A stretch of DNA of 64,000 nucleotides from Acidimicrobiales bacterium (lineage in GTDB: Bacteria; Actinomycetota; Acidimicrobiia; Acidimicrobiales; Iamiaceae): NCBI GenBank assembly GCA_020439505.1, contig JAGQSO010000036.1:13393-77392 (forward strand), written 5' to 3'. The position numbers and the translations under genes are program-made. The notes beneath the pieces were generated by a model that ran no database searches, was not told the origin of the DNA, and was given only the letters and a program-made list of their open reading frames with translations. How positions within the stretch are numbered: the first letter of the stretch is position 1; each line of letters begins with the position of its first letter. Below, piece by piece: positions 39,792-49,598 of this stretch.

Positions 39792-41633
39792 ATGGACCCC
39801 GCGGCAGCCCACGCCATCCCTCTCAGTGTCGATCCCCCGCTCCGCGAACTACTGCGCTACAGCCGAGCCCATCGGGGCCAGCGGTGGCTGGCGGTCACCA
39901 TGTCGCTGCTCAACAAGATCTGCGACATCGCCCCCGAGCTTCTGATCGGTGCCGCGGTCGACATCGTGGTCAAATCCGACGGCCAGTCCTTCATGGGACG
40001 CGTGCTCGGGACCGACGACCGATTCACCCAGTTGAGCGTGCTGGTGGCGGTCACCGTCGTCATCTGGTTGGCCGAGTCGGCGACGGAGTACGCGGCGGTG
40101 ATCACCTGGCGGAACCTGGCCCAGACCATCGAGCACGAGGCCCGGATGGACACCTACCGCCACGTTCAGACCCTGGAGATGGCCTACTTCGAGGACAAGA
40201 CCTCCGGCGGCCTGATGGCGGTGCTGAACGACGACATCAACCAGCTCGAACGGTTCTTGGACCTCGGTCCCCACAAATTGATCATCACCGCCGCCAACGT
40301 GGTGTTCGTCGGCATCACCTTCGTGGTGGTCTCACCCCTGCTGGCCGTGCTGGCGTTCCTGCCCATCCCCGTGATCATCGCCGGGTCGCTGTGGTACCAG
40401 ACCCGTCTCGAACCCCGTTACGCCGCGGTCCGCGCCTCGGCCGGCGTGATCGGAGACACCCTCACCAACGGTCTGGGAGGCATCGCCACCATCAAGGCGT
40501 TCAACGCCGAGGACCGCGAGGTCCAACGGGTGGAGGTCGACTCCGAGGCCTACCGACAGGCCAACCGTGACGCCATCCGCTACTCGACGGCGTTCAACCC
40601 CCTCATCCGGATGGCGGTGCTGGCCGGCTTCACCATGACCCTCATCGTCGGGGGGCGGGCCGCGCTTCACGGCGATCTCGAGATCGGCGTGTTCTCGATG
40701 TTGGTGTACATGACCCAGCGGCTTCTGTGGCCGCTCACCGCCCTGGGCGAGACGCTGGACCTCTACCAGCGGGCGATGGCATCGTGCCGACGCATCTTCG
40801 GTCTCCTGCGGGCCGAGCCTCGGATCCTGCCGGGGGCGGTGGACCTGCCGACCCCGGTGCGGGGTGACATCAGGTTCCGCGACGTATCCTTCGCCTATGA
40901 CTCGGTGACGACCGGCGCCGACGACTCGACCACCGGCGGCGGGTTGGTTCTGCGGGGAGTTTCCCTCGACATACCGGCTGGTGAGACCCACGCCATCGTC
41001 GGCCCTACCGGGTCGGGCAAGTCCACGGTCGTCAAGCTGCTTCTACGCCTGTACGAGCCCACCTCGGGCGAGATCACCCTGGACGGAACCTCCATCTCGA
41101 ACCTGACCTTCGCTTCACTGCGGGGCGCCACCGGACTGGTGGCCCAGGACGTGTTCCTGTTCCACGGAACGGTGCGCGAGAACCTCACCTACGGGCGGCC
41201 CGATGCCACCGAGGCCGAGTTGCGACGCGCCGCGGAGTTGGCCGAGGCCGCCGAGTTCATAGACGCCCTGCCCGACGGTTACGACACCCTGGTCGGCGAG
41301 CGGGGACAAAAGCTCTCGGGCGGCCAGCGCCAGCGCCTCACCATCGCCCGGGCCATCCTCCGCGACCCCGCGGTGCTGATCCTCGACGAGGCGACCTCGG
41401 CGGTCGACAACGAAACCGAGGCCGCCATCCAGCGATCGCTGGCCAAGGTCTCGGCGGGTCGCACCACCGTGGTCATCGCCCACCGGCTCTCCACCGTGCG
41501 CCACGCCCACCGGATCCATGTCCTCGAAGCCGGCCGGGTCGTCGAGGCCGGTACCCATGAGGAACTGGTGGACCTGGGCGGGCTCTACGCCGCTCTGTGG
41601 CGGGTACAGACCGGAGAAGCCGCCCTGACCTGA
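39792..41633 (+). CDS. ABC exporter, fused permease/ATPase
   Basis: GPTGSGKS, LSGGQRQR, ILDEATS; N-terminal TMD. Confidence 0.95.
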   Translation: MDPAAAHAIPLSVDPPLRELLRYSRAHRGQRWLAVTMSLLNKICDIAPELLIGAAVDIVVKSDGQSFMGRVLGTDDRFTQLSVLVAVTVVIWLAESATEYAAVITWRNLAQTIEHEARMDTYRHVQTLEMAYFEDKTSGGLMAVLNDDINQLERFLDLGPHKLIITAANVVFVGITFVVVSPLLAVLAFLPIPVIIAGSLWYQTRLEPRYAAVRASAGVIGDTLTNGLGGIATIKAFNAEDREVQRVEVDSEAYRQANRDAIRYSTAFNPLIRMAVLAGFTMTLIVGGRAALHGDLEIGVFSMLVYMTQRLLWPLTALGETLDLYQRAMASCRRIFGLLRAEPRILPGAVDLPTPVRGDIRFRDVSFAYDSVTTGADDSTTGGGLVLRGVSLDIPAGETHAIVGPTGSGKSTVVKLLLRLYEPTSGEITLDGTSISNLTFASLRGATGLVAQDVFLFHGTVRENLTYGRPDATEAELRRAAELAEAAEFIDALPDGYDTLVGERGQKLSGGQRQRLTIARAILRDPAVLILDEATSAVDNETEAAIQRSLAKVSAGRTTVVIAHRLSTVRHAHRIHVLEAGRVVEAGTHEELVDLGGLYAALWRVQTGEAALT

Positions 41634-41713
41634 ATCTGGCGGGAGAATCGCCGACCAAGGCGTAGGCGGGCGACGGGATCCCTCGATGACATCGGATTTG
41701 GGTCGGGGTGGGG

Positions 41714-41786
41714 TTGACAATGTAGGCCTAGTTGAGCATATGCTCAAGGCATACGCACTAAGCGTTCGCTCAAAGCGTTCGCTACA
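41714..41786 (+). promoter_or_regulatory. Promoter with TetR-type operator array
   Basis: TTGACA at 41714; perfect palindrome TTGAGCATATGCTCAA at 41732-41747; related CTAAGCGTTCGCTCAA and CAAAGCGTTCGCTACA downstream. Confidence 0.7.
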
Positions 41787-41802
41787 ACCCAAGGAGTTTG
41801 CC

Positions 41803-42345
41803 GTGAACAGCTACCTCGTCCCCGTCTACGCCACCTACCTGATCGCCACCGTCGCCCTGTGCGCTTGGTTGGCCCGGACCCTGTACCGCAACGGGGCCCT
41901 GTTCCTCAGGGACGTGTTCGATGACAGGCCGGAACTGGCCGAGGCGGTCAACCACCTGCTGGTCACCGGCTTCGCGATGGTCAACCTCGGCTACGGCTTC
42001 TTCATGATGAAGGCCGACGAAGCAGCCAGCAGCACCGAGGCGTTCGAGATCCTGGCCCGCAAGCTCGGCCTGCTGCTGTGCAGCCTGGCCGCCGTGCACT
42101 TCGTCAACCTCTACGTCTTCCACCGGCTCGCCGCCCGTCGGCGCCAGGCCAACCTGGTCCCGCCCGTCGCCCCGCAGGCCACCGTGCGCCCGATCGATCC
42201 TCGGACCAGCCACCTGCCACCGCCTCCGGCTCGCCCGGTGGCACCCGGCGCCTTCGCGGCGCCCGGCCCTTACGGCGGAGCCGGCAACTTCGCCGGCCCG
42301 GGTCCGCTCGGCGGACCTGGTGCCTTCGGCCCGAACCCCGCCTGA
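41803..42345 (+). CDS. Hypothetical 3-TM membrane protein
   Basis: AAGGAG RBS; ARTLYRNG.FL.DVF, VNHLLVTGF. Confidence 0.8.
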   Translation: MNSYLVPVYATYLIATVALCAWLARTLYRNGALFLRDVFDDRPELAEAVNHLLVTGFAMVNLGYGFFMMKADEAASSTEAFEILARKLGLLLCSLAAVHFVNLYVFHRLAARRRQANLVPPVAPQATVRPIDPRTSHLPPPPARPVAPGAFAAPGPYGGAGNFAGPGPLGGPGAFGPNPA

Positions 42346-42372
42346 GAGCGGGCCGACGGACGGGAGACCACG

Positions 42373-42816
42373 ATGGAATCGCTAACCGTGTACTACGACG
42401 TCCACTGCGCACTGTGTCGCCGGTGCCGGGAGTGGCTGGAATCCCAGCCCACCCATCTCCCGCTGCGCTTCGTGGAGGCCGACGCCGTCGAGGCGGCCCG
42501 ACTCCTCCCCCAACTCCCGTGGCTGGGCCAGGAGCTCGTGGTGGTGGCCAGCGGAGGCTCCGAGGAGGGCTCGGCGTGGATCGGACCGGCCGGCTTCATC
42601 GTCTGCCTCTGGGCCACGGTCCGGTATCGGGAGTGGTCATGGAAACTCAGCAGACCGGGCCTGGCCCCGACCGCTGAGAGCTTCTTCCACCTGGTGTCGG
42701 CCAACCGGGACCGGATCGGACGCCGCCTCGAGCCACCCGAATGCACCGGGGCGCGCTGCACCCACCGGCTCCCTCACCCGGCTCAACCGCCGATCCCGAC
42801 AGGCGCTCCACGATGA
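42373..42816 (+). CDS. DCC/DUF393 thiol-disulfide oxidoreductase-like protein
   Basis: LTVYYDVHCALC (DxxCxxC). Confidence 0.8.
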   Translation: MESLTVYYDVHCALCRRCREWLESQPTHLPLRFVEADAVEAARLLPQLPWLGQELVVVASGGSEEGSAWIGPAGFIVCLWATVRYREWSWKLSRPGLAPTAESFFHLVSANRDRIGRRLEPPECTGARCTHRLPHPAQPPIPTGAPR

Positions 42817-42959
42817 GAGCCGTGCTGTGGATGGTCGTCCTGTACGGGTATCTAATAGTCGTCGTTTCTGTGGTGTGCGCCGCCGCCTTTGTTCTGCGTG
42901 CGCTGTGGAGGCTGGTTGTACGCATGGCGGGGTCACGGCCGGGGGGTCTGGAAGGATGA
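42813..42959 (+). CDS. Small membrane protein (48 aa)
   Basis: ATGA overlaps with both neighbours; single hydrophobic helix. Confidence 0.5.
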   Translation: MRAVLWMVVLYGYLIVVVSVVCAAAFVLRALWRLVVRMAGSRPGGLEG

Positions 42960-43606
42960 CACCCATGCCTGCGGCCAGACGAACACCAACTGGCACCCAT
43001 CGCACCGCCAGCGAGTCCGGGGCCGAAACCCGCGATCGCCTTCAGGCCGCGGCCCGCGCCTGCCTCCGCCAGGACGGCATCGCCGGGGTGAGCGCCCGGG
43101 CCATCGCCCGCCACGGCGACCTAAACCAGGCGCTGGTCTTCTACCACTTCGGATCGGTCGACGGACTGTTGCAGGCGGTGGCCCGCACCGACGCTGAACG
43201 CCGAGCTCTGCTCTACGCCGAGCGGCTGGCGGGGGTGAAGACCCTCAAGGACCTGGTTTCGGTCGGACACCAGATCCACCAGGTCGAGTTCGCCGAAGGG
43301 AACACCGCAGTTCTGGCCCAACTGGTCGCCGGCGCGGCGTCGTCACCGGAACTGGGCGCGGCGGTGCAGGACGGAATGCAGGCCTGGACGACGTTGGTGG
43401 AGGACGCACTGGCCAGGGTTCTGGCCGACACACCGCTGGGCGCGGTAGTACCCCTGGCCGACATCGCGTACGCCATTGCGTCGTTGTTCCTGGGGCTCGA
43501 ACTGATGGGCGGCGTAGACGGAGACAGCACCAGGCTGGACAGTCTGTTCACCAGCCTCGACGCCGTCTCTGGCCTGGTCGATCTGCTGCTCCACCCACCC
43601 ACCTGA
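42956..43606 (+). CDS. TetR-family regulator
   Basis: GVSARAIARHGDLNQALVFYHFGSVDGL. Confidence 0.9.
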   Translation: MTPMPAARRTPTGTHRTASESGAETRDRLQAAARACLRQDGIAGVSARAIARHGDLNQALVFYHFGSVDGLLQAVARTDAERRALLYAERLAGVKTLKDLVSVGHQIHQVEFAEGNTAVLAQLVAGAASSPELGAAVQDGMQAWTTLVEDALARVLADTPLGAVVPLADIAYAIASLFLGLELMGGVDGDSTRLDSLFTSLDAVSGLVDLLLHPPT

Positions 43607-43673
43607 ACCCAACGTCCCACGGATCGTCACCAGAGCACGTCGACACCGACCAGCAGGCGGGGCCTTCTGGAGG

Positions 43674-44327
43674 TCAGGTTGGACCGGGGAGGCGGACTGC
43701 CCACTGGAGGGTCTGCTCGTCGGCGTGGATCAGTTCCCAGCCGGGCTCGCTGACAAGCTCCTGGACGGCGCGGAACACGCCGTGGTGTGGGTGCGCCGGT
43801 GCGGGGCGCCAGTCGTCGCCGGCGATCAAGCCACCGGGTTTCACCTTGTGGCGCAGGATGGCCAGCTCCTGTCGGGTGTGCTCGTAGGCGTGGGACGAGT
43901 CGAGATACACCCAGTCGAAGGTGGCATCGGGGAATCGGGCCAGCACCTCGCGGTCGTCACCGACATGCACCACCACCCTGCCGGCCTCGATCTCGGGGCG
44001 AAATCGACCGAGGATCCGACGTAGCGCGTTGACCGTGCTGCGGTCACCGCGCCCCCAATGCCACTCGGGGGTCAACAGGTACCAAGGGTCGATCAGGTGT
44101 AACTGCACGGCCCGGGTCTCCCGGAGCAGCACCGGGGAGAACCGGCCTTTGAACACGCCGATCTCGGCTCCGACACCCCCGGGTGGAATCACCTCCCGCA
44201 GGAACGGCACCCGGGCCTCGCAGGCGCCCCGGTCCCGACGTTCGGCCACCAGCTCCTCGGCGTGGGCGAGCACGCGCCGGGCCGGGGAGACCGCCCTGAC
44301 TGCGTGGGTCGAGCGGGACTCGCTCAT
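43674..44327 (-). CDS. Class I SAM methyltransferase (Methyltransf_24-like)
   Basis: GAEIGVFKG, IDPW, DWVYLDSSHAYE, PGGLIAGDD. Confidence 0.82.
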   Translation of the reverse strand: MSESRSTHAVRAVSPARRVLAHAEELVAERRDRGACEARVPFLREVIPPGGVGAEIGVFKGRFSPVLLRETRAVQLHLIDPWYLLTPEWHWGRGDRSTVNALRRILGRFRPEIEAGRVVVHVGDDREVLARFPDATFDWVYLDSSHAYEHTRQELAILRHKVKPGGLIAGDDWRPAPAHPHHGVFRAVQELVSEPGWELIHADEQTLQWAVRLPGPT

Positions 44328-44436
44328 CGGGCCGGCTCCCACACCACCGTCGCCTCCACCTCGCACCCGGTCACCACCGTTGGCTAGACAGCCCGCTCGA
44401 CGGTCCGGCTCGAGACCGTCGAGCAACCCCGCGAGG

Positions 44437-45504
44437 TCAAGCCCACGTGAGCACGGCGCGGTTGAGGGCGCCGCCGTGCATGGCGTCGAGCGCCTCCTGC
44501 ACCTGTTCGGGTTGGTAGGTGGCTGACACCAGCTCGTCGAGCTTGAGCCGCCCCGACTTGTACAGGTCGATGAACAGGGGGATGTCGTGGTGGGGACGGG
44601 CCGCCCCGTAACGACAGCCGAGGATCGACTTGTCGTTGTAGAGGCTGTTCACCACGAAGCTGGCCTCGCTGCCCAGCTTGGGCACCCCGAGCAGCACGCA
44701 ACTCCCACCCCAGTCCAACAGGTCGATGCTCTGGCGGATCAGCGCCGGGTGACCCACGCACTCGAACGCGAAGTCCACGCCTTGGGGGCAGATCTCCTTC
44801 ACCGCGGCGGCGGTGTCGACGTCGGGCCCAGCGGCGATGAAGTGGGTGGCACCGAACTGGCGAGCTGCCGCCTCCTTGGCCGGATTGGCATCGACGGCGA
44901 TGATCGGGCCGCAGTTGGCGATGGCCAGGCCCTGCAACACGTTGAGCCCGATACCGCCGATGCCGATCACCAGTGCCGACTGACCCGGCCGGGGGCGGGC
45001 CCGGTTCAGAACCGCTCCGGTCCCGGTCAACACCGCGCAACCGATGAGGCTGGCCGAGGCCAGCGGAACCTCAGGGTCGATCACCACGGCCTGGGTCTCT
45101 TTGACCACGGTGGTCTCGGCGAACACGCCGGCGTTGGCGAACTGGAACGCCTTCTCCCCTGCCACCGTGAACGGAGCGCTGAGGCGCCCCGCGGTGTCGC
45201 GGCAGTGGGTGGGCTGGCCGCGGTCACAGGCGTCGCACTGCCCGCAGTTGCCCAGCGTGGTGAGGACGACGTGGTCGCCGACCTTCACCTTGCGGACGGC
45301 TCCGCCCACTTCCTCGACCACCCCGGCCCCTTCGTGGCCGAGCACGGCCGGGGTCGGGAACGGGATGGTGCCGTTGACCACCGACACGTCGCTGTGGCAA
45401 AGGCCCGTGGCGTGGACCCGGACCCTCACCTCGTTGGGGCGTAGGTCCCGTACCTCGACGTCGTCTCGCACCTCGAGCGAACCGGTCCAGACAATTGCTT
45501 TCAT
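44437..45504 (-). CDS. Zn-dependent alcohol dehydrogenase
   Basis: GLCHSD, GHEGAG, CGQCDAC, GIGGIG. Confidence 0.93.
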   Translation of the reverse strand: MKAIVWTGSLEVRDDVEVRDLRPNEVRVRVHATGLCHSDVSVVNGTIPFPTPAVLGHEGAGVVEEVGGAVRKVKVGDHVVLTTLGNCGQCDACDRGQPTHCRDTAGRLSAPFTVAGEKAFQFANAGVFAETTVVKETQAVVIDPEVPLASASLIGCAVLTGTGAVLNRARPRPGQSALVIGIGGIGLNVLQGLAIANCGPIIAVDANPAKEAAARQFGATHFIAAGPDVDTAAAVKEICPQGVDFAFECVGHPALIRQSIDLLDWGGSCVLLGVPKLGSEASFVVNSLYNDKSILGCRYGAARPHHDIPLFIDLYKSGRLKLDELVSATYQPEQVQEALDAMHGGALNRAVLTWA

Positions 45505-45511
45505 CGCGACG

Positions 45512-46960
45512 TCATCCCTTCCACATGATCGACTGCATCTCGCTGTAGGCGTGCAGGCCCCAGGACCCGCCGTCTCGTCCCACACCGCTGTACTTGAACC
45601 CACCGAACGCCGCCTCGTGGTTGCGCTGGAGGGTGTTGATCCCCACGTTGCCCGAACGCAGGAGCTTGGCCACCTCCATGGCCTTGCCGCTGTCGGCGGT
45701 GAAGACGTAGTTGTACAGCCCGTACTGGCTGTCGTTGGCGATGGCGATTGCCTCGTCCTCGGTGTCGAAGGGGATGACGGTGATGACCGGGGCGAAGAAC
45801 TCCTCGCGAGCCGCGGTCATGGCGTTGGTGGCATCCACCACCAGCGTCGGGGAGACGTAGAAACCGGTGTCGATGTCGGGTCGAGTGCCCCCCACAGCCA
45901 GGGTGGCCCCCTCTTCGGTGGCGGTGCGGATCATGGCTTCGACCCGGTCGCGGTGGGCGCCGGAGATGACCGGCCCGACCACGGTGTCGCGCTCGAGGGG
46001 ATCGCCGACCTTGAGGTGGGCGGCCATGGCCGTGAGCTTGCCGACCAGCTCGTCGTACAGGCCTCTTTGCACAACCACCCGGGTGGGCGAGGTGCAGATC
46101 TGGCCGGAGTGGAACGTCCAGGTGCTCGACACGTTGGAGATCACGTTCTTCAGGTCGGCGTCGTCGAGCACGATGGCCGCACCCTTACCCCCCAACTCCA
46201 ACAGCAGTCGCTTCATGGTCCGGCCCCCGACCTCGGCGATCCGACACCCCACCCCGGTGGATCCGGTGAAGGAGATCATGTCGACGTCGGGTGAGGAGGT
46301 GATGACCTCGGCCACCTCGACCGTGTCGGCGGAGATGGTGTTGACCACTCCGGGCGGGAGCCCGGCCTCTTCGAACAACTCAACCATCCGGATCACGCCG
46401 AGGGGATCCTGGGTGGGGGGTTTGACCACCAGGGTGTTGCCCATGGCCAGGGCCGGTGCGATCTTGCCGGCCATGTTGGTGACCGGGAAGTTGTAGGCGG
46501 CGATGGCGGCCACCACACCTACCGGGGCACGGTGCTCGACCGCACCGATGATCCCACCGGGGGCCAGTGGTGTGGTGGGCATGACTGCGGGAGGCAGGGG
46601 GACCAGGTTCGGCTCGACCTCGGCGTAGCGCCGGAACCGGGCGGCGGCCTGGGGTACCTGCATGGTCTTGGCTACCCGCATGGTGGCCCCGGTCTCGGCT
46701 TGGACCACCGGAACCAACTCGTCGCGGTGGGCGTCGAGTACGTCGGCGATCCGGTCCAAGATGGCGCACCGCTCGGCCATCGGCGTGCGACTCCACGAAT
46801 CGAACGCCTCACGAGCGGCGGAACACGCCGCTTCGGCCTGGGCCACCGAAGCGTTGGGGGCCAGGCCAACCACCGCCTCGGTAGAAGGGTTGATCACCTC
46901 GTACCCGGCAGCAGCAGCAACCCGCTCCCCCCCGATCAACAACGAATAAGAGTCAGACAT
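45512..46960 (-). CDS. Aldehyde dehydrogenase
   Basis: FTGST, LELGGK, HSGQIC, EEFFAPV, FGGFKYSG. Confidence 0.94.
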   Translation of the reverse strand: MSDSYSLLIGGERVAAAAGYEVINPSTEAVVGLAPNASVAQAEAACSAAREAFDSWSRTPMAERCAILDRIADVLDAHRDELVPVVQAETGATMRVAKTMQVPQAAARFRRYAEVEPNLVPLPPAVMPTTPLAPGGIIGAVEHRAPVGVVAAIAAYNFPVTNMAGKIAPALAMGNTLVVKPPTQDPLGVIRMVELFEEAGLPPGVVNTISADTVEVAEVITSSPDVDMISFTGSTGVGCRIAEVGGRTMKRLLLELGGKGAAIVLDDADLKNVISNVSSTWTFHSGQICTSPTRVVVQRGLYDELVGKLTAMAAHLKVGDPLERDTVVGPVISGAHRDRVEAMIRTATEEGATLAVGGTRPDIDTGFYVSPTLVVDATNAMTAAREEFFAPVITVIPFDTEDEAIAIANDSQYGLYNYVFTADSGKAMEVAKLLRSGNVGINTLQRNHEAAFGGFKYSGVGRDGGSWGLHAYSEMQSIMWKG

Positions 46961-46974
46961 GTGAACGGTCACCG

Positions 46975-47185
46975 ATCAAAGAGATGAGAAAAGAACGAGT
47001 CTGCACCCGACCCAGGCCCCAATGCCCACGAATCCACCCGAATCCGAACGCACCAGCCTTGACTGCCACACAACCAACAGGAGGAGGCCACAGGAAACAG
47101 CAGACACCGAGGCCAACCAGCCCGAGTCCCCGTCGAAAGTCAAGCCGCCGAAATGGAGGCTTGAAGTCCCGGAGAGGCGGTTGAC
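46975..47185. other. Compositionally atypical intergenic element with hairpin (possible IS-end remnant, MITE or ncRNA)
   Basis: A/C-skewed on the plus strand; GTCAAGCCGCC (47139-47149) pairs with GGCGGTTGAC (47176-47185). Confidence 0.4.
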
Positions 47186-48396
47186 TATTTGATGTCGAGG
47201 TCCATCAGGCGGATGGCGTTGCCCCGGACCAGCTTGTAGACGATGTCGTCGGGGAGCCCGGCCATCATCTTCATGGCCACCTCACGAGAGTGCGGCCACG
47301 TCGAGTCCGAGTGCGGGTAGTCGGTCTCGAAGCAGACGTTGTCGGGGCCGACCTTGTCGATGTTCTCCAAGCCGTACTGATCGGCGAAGAAGCAGGCGTA
47401 GATGCTCTGGTAGTAGTAGGTCGACGGCGGTTCCTTGACGATGTCGCTGACACCGCCCCACCCTCGGTTCTCCTCCCAGACCCGGTCGGCCCGCTCGAGG
47501 ATGTAGGGGATCCAGCCGATCTGTCCCTCGCTGTAGGCCAGCTTGAGGTTGGGGAACTTGGCCAGCCAGCCCGAGAACATCCAATCGGCCATGGAGCTCA
47601 TGGCGTTGCCGAAGGTGAGCGTGGAGCCCACCGCGGCGGGGGCATCGGCCGAGGTGGAGGGCATCTTGGACGATGACCCGATGTGCATGTGGATGGAGAC
47701 GTTGGTCTCCGAGCAGGCCCGGAACAACGGCTCCCAGTAGTCGGTGTGGATCGACGGCAGGTTCAGGTAGGGCGGGATCTCGGAGAAGGCCAGCGCCCGC
47801 ACGCCGCGCTCGGCGTTGCGGCGCACCTCGGCGGCGGCCAGCTCGGCGTCCCAGAGCTGCACGATGATCAGGGGAAGGAGGCGGCCGTTGGTACCGCCGC
47901 ACCACTCCTCCACCATCCAGTCGTTGTAGGCCTTGACGCACAGGTCGGCCAGCACCTTGTCCTGGGCTTCCATGAAGGTCTGACCACAGAAGCGGGGGAA
48001 GGTGGGGAAGCAGACCTGGGTGTCGGTCCAGTTGGCGTCCATGTCCTCGAGGCGGGCCGTCTGGTCCCAGCAGCCCTTGCGCATCTCCTCGTAGGTGACG
48101 CCGGTGACCTTGACCTCGTCACGGTCGAAGCCGACCGCGGCGGCGAGGCGGGTCTGGGGGATCTTCTTGTCCTCGTAGATCCACCAGTCGCACAGGTCGC
48201 CGTCATCGGAGGGTTCGTAGCTGAACACCCCGCCCACGAAGTTCATGGTGCCGCGCTCTCGCACGGTGCGGGGTCCGACGTCGTGGTACTTCTTGGGAAG
48301 CCGGTCGAGCCACACGTTGGGCGGCTCGATCACGTGGTCGTCGACCGAGATGATCTTGGGAAAGTCGTCGGCGTTGGGGGTGCCTGCGTCAGTCAT
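47185..48396 (-). CDS. Amidohydrolase family 2 protein (paralog A)
   Basis: IISVDDHVIEP, AYNDWMVEEWC, HMHIGSSS, FETDYPHSDSTWP. Confidence 0.92.
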   Translation of the reverse strand: MTDAGTPNADDFPKIISVDDHVIEPPNVWLDRLPKKYHDVGPRTVRERGTMNFVGGVFSYEPSDDGDLCDWWIYEDKKIPQTRLAAAVGFDRDEVKVTGVTYEEMRKGCWDQTARLEDMDANWTDTQVCFPTFPRFCGQTFMEAQDKVLADLCVKAYNDWMVEEWCGGTNGRLLPLIIVQLWDAELAAAEVRRNAERGVRALAFSEIPPYLNLPSIHTDYWEPLFRACSETNVSIHMHIGSSSKMPSTSADAPAAVGSTLTFGNAMSSMADWMFSGWLAKFPNLKLAYSEGQIGWIPYILERADRVWEENRGWGGVSDIVKEPPSTYYYQSIYACFFADQYGLENIDKVGPDNVCFETDYPHSDSTWPHSREVAMKMMAGLPDDIVYKLVRGNAIRLMDLDIK

Positions 48397-48418
48397 GGTC
48401 ATGATGCTACCTCACAAT

Positions 48419-48433
48419 CTGACGGGTCGTCAG
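48419..48433. promoter_or_regulatory. Operator (perfect)
   Basis: atCTGACGggtCGTCAGaa upstream of a -10-like TAGCAT of the amidohydrolase. Confidence 0.88.
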
Positions 48434-48556
48434 AAACTGAACGGGTGGTTGGAAACAATGGTCGGGGTAAGGACTGTGGTGGGCCACGCCGGGCGGCGGT
48501 GGGCGTTGGCGCTTCCGAAGTCATTCTGAGGGAACTTCAGGGCAAACCTCACCGGA

Positions 48557-49378
48557 TCACCAGATCTGGTCCGTGTAGGTGTCGGTTCCGGGCACCGTCG
48601 CCCGGAACGGTGCCACCAACACCAGTCGGCCCAGTCCCGCCGAAGCGAAACGCTCGCCAAGCCCGGCGAACTTCTCCTCCCAGATGTCGGTGATCTCGTC
48701 GTCCACGAACCAGAGCTGACTGAAACGGTTGGCCGCGCTGTCAGCGCGCACCCCGGGAGCCGAGTCCCCCGGCAGCGGGATGGCGGTGAACTCGGCCCCC
48801 ACCACCCCGGGTAGCGGCTGCTCACCAAACCAGGCGTCGACGTCGTCGAGGGTGCGGCCATCGGCCGGCTCTCCGATGACCAACACCACGTAGGGCGAAC
48901 GGTGATCCAGGGCCAGCTCCACCGGCACCCCATCGGGGGCCTCGTACTCGGTGCGGAACCGGTACATGAGGGTGTGGATGTGGTCACGGTCAGCGAACAT
49001 CCGCCCGTTCTCGTGCAGCCACTTGACCTGCTCGGACCCCCACTGCATCCATTCGCCGAACCGGCCCGCCAACACCCAGTACAAGGCCAGGAACGAACCT
49101 GCCTCCGCGTCGGGTGCCACCGGCGAGTCGGCGGGGTACCGCAGCTCCTTGAGGTCACGGGTGGCCACGAAACGTGCTCCGCTGATGGTCCAGGCCCCGA
49201 TCATGCAGCCGGCATAGAAGTGATCCCGCTCGTACCAACGGTTGTAGGCCACCTCAGAACCACGGTGCGGTTCCACGAGCGTGACCAGTGCGCCCCCCAG
49301 CCGCACCGGCCGCTGATCGGTCTTGCCGCTGCCGAGATCCTGCACGTGCTGGTCCCCTGATTCGGTGGACCCCACCAA
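48557..49378 (-). CDS. Conserved-looking hypothetical protein
   Basis: AYNRWYERDHFYAGC..., PGTDTYTDQIW; good codon bias; start may be GTG at 49345. Confidence 0.75.
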   Translation of the reverse strand: MVGSTESGDQHVQDLGSGKTDQRPVRLGGALVTLVEPHRGSEVAYNRWYERDHFYAGCMIGAWTISGARFVATRDLKELRYPADSPVAPDAEAGSFLALYWVLAGRFGEWMQWGSEQVKWLHENGRMFADRDHIHTLMYRFRTEYEAPDGVPVELALDHRSPYVVLVIGEPADGRTLDDVDAWFGEQPLPGVVGAEFTAIPLPGDSAPGVRADSAANRFSQLWFVDDEITDIWEEKFAGLGERFASAGLGRLVLVAPFRATVPGTDTYTDQIW

Positions 49379-49394
49379 CGGCGGGGCATGAAAT

Positions 49395-49408
49395 TAGAAC
49401 AGGTTCCA
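49395..49408. promoter_or_regulatory. KstR box
   Basis: TAGAACAGGTTCCA = TnnAACnnGTTnnA, with AAT/GTT flanks, in a divergent intergenic region. Confidence 0.75.
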
Positions 49409-49598
49409 GTTTGCCCGCCTACGACTCCCCCCGCCATTCGCCATCCTCTCCCCCACCACCCGCTCCCCCGCCACCGGCCACCGCCACCGGATCGTGGTGA
49501 CCGGTGGCGCTGCCTGGTCAGGCGAGAACGGCCGGGGGTCGGAGACGCATCGGACGCGGTAGCAACGACCAGGACGCGACTGGGCAAGGATGGGACCC

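Noticed and set aside
47139-47185. HEARO/omega RNA 5' stem (GTCAAC...TTGAC)
   Set aside because: No iscB/tnpB/HNH gene nearby and no other recognisable motifs; kept only as an unclassified element
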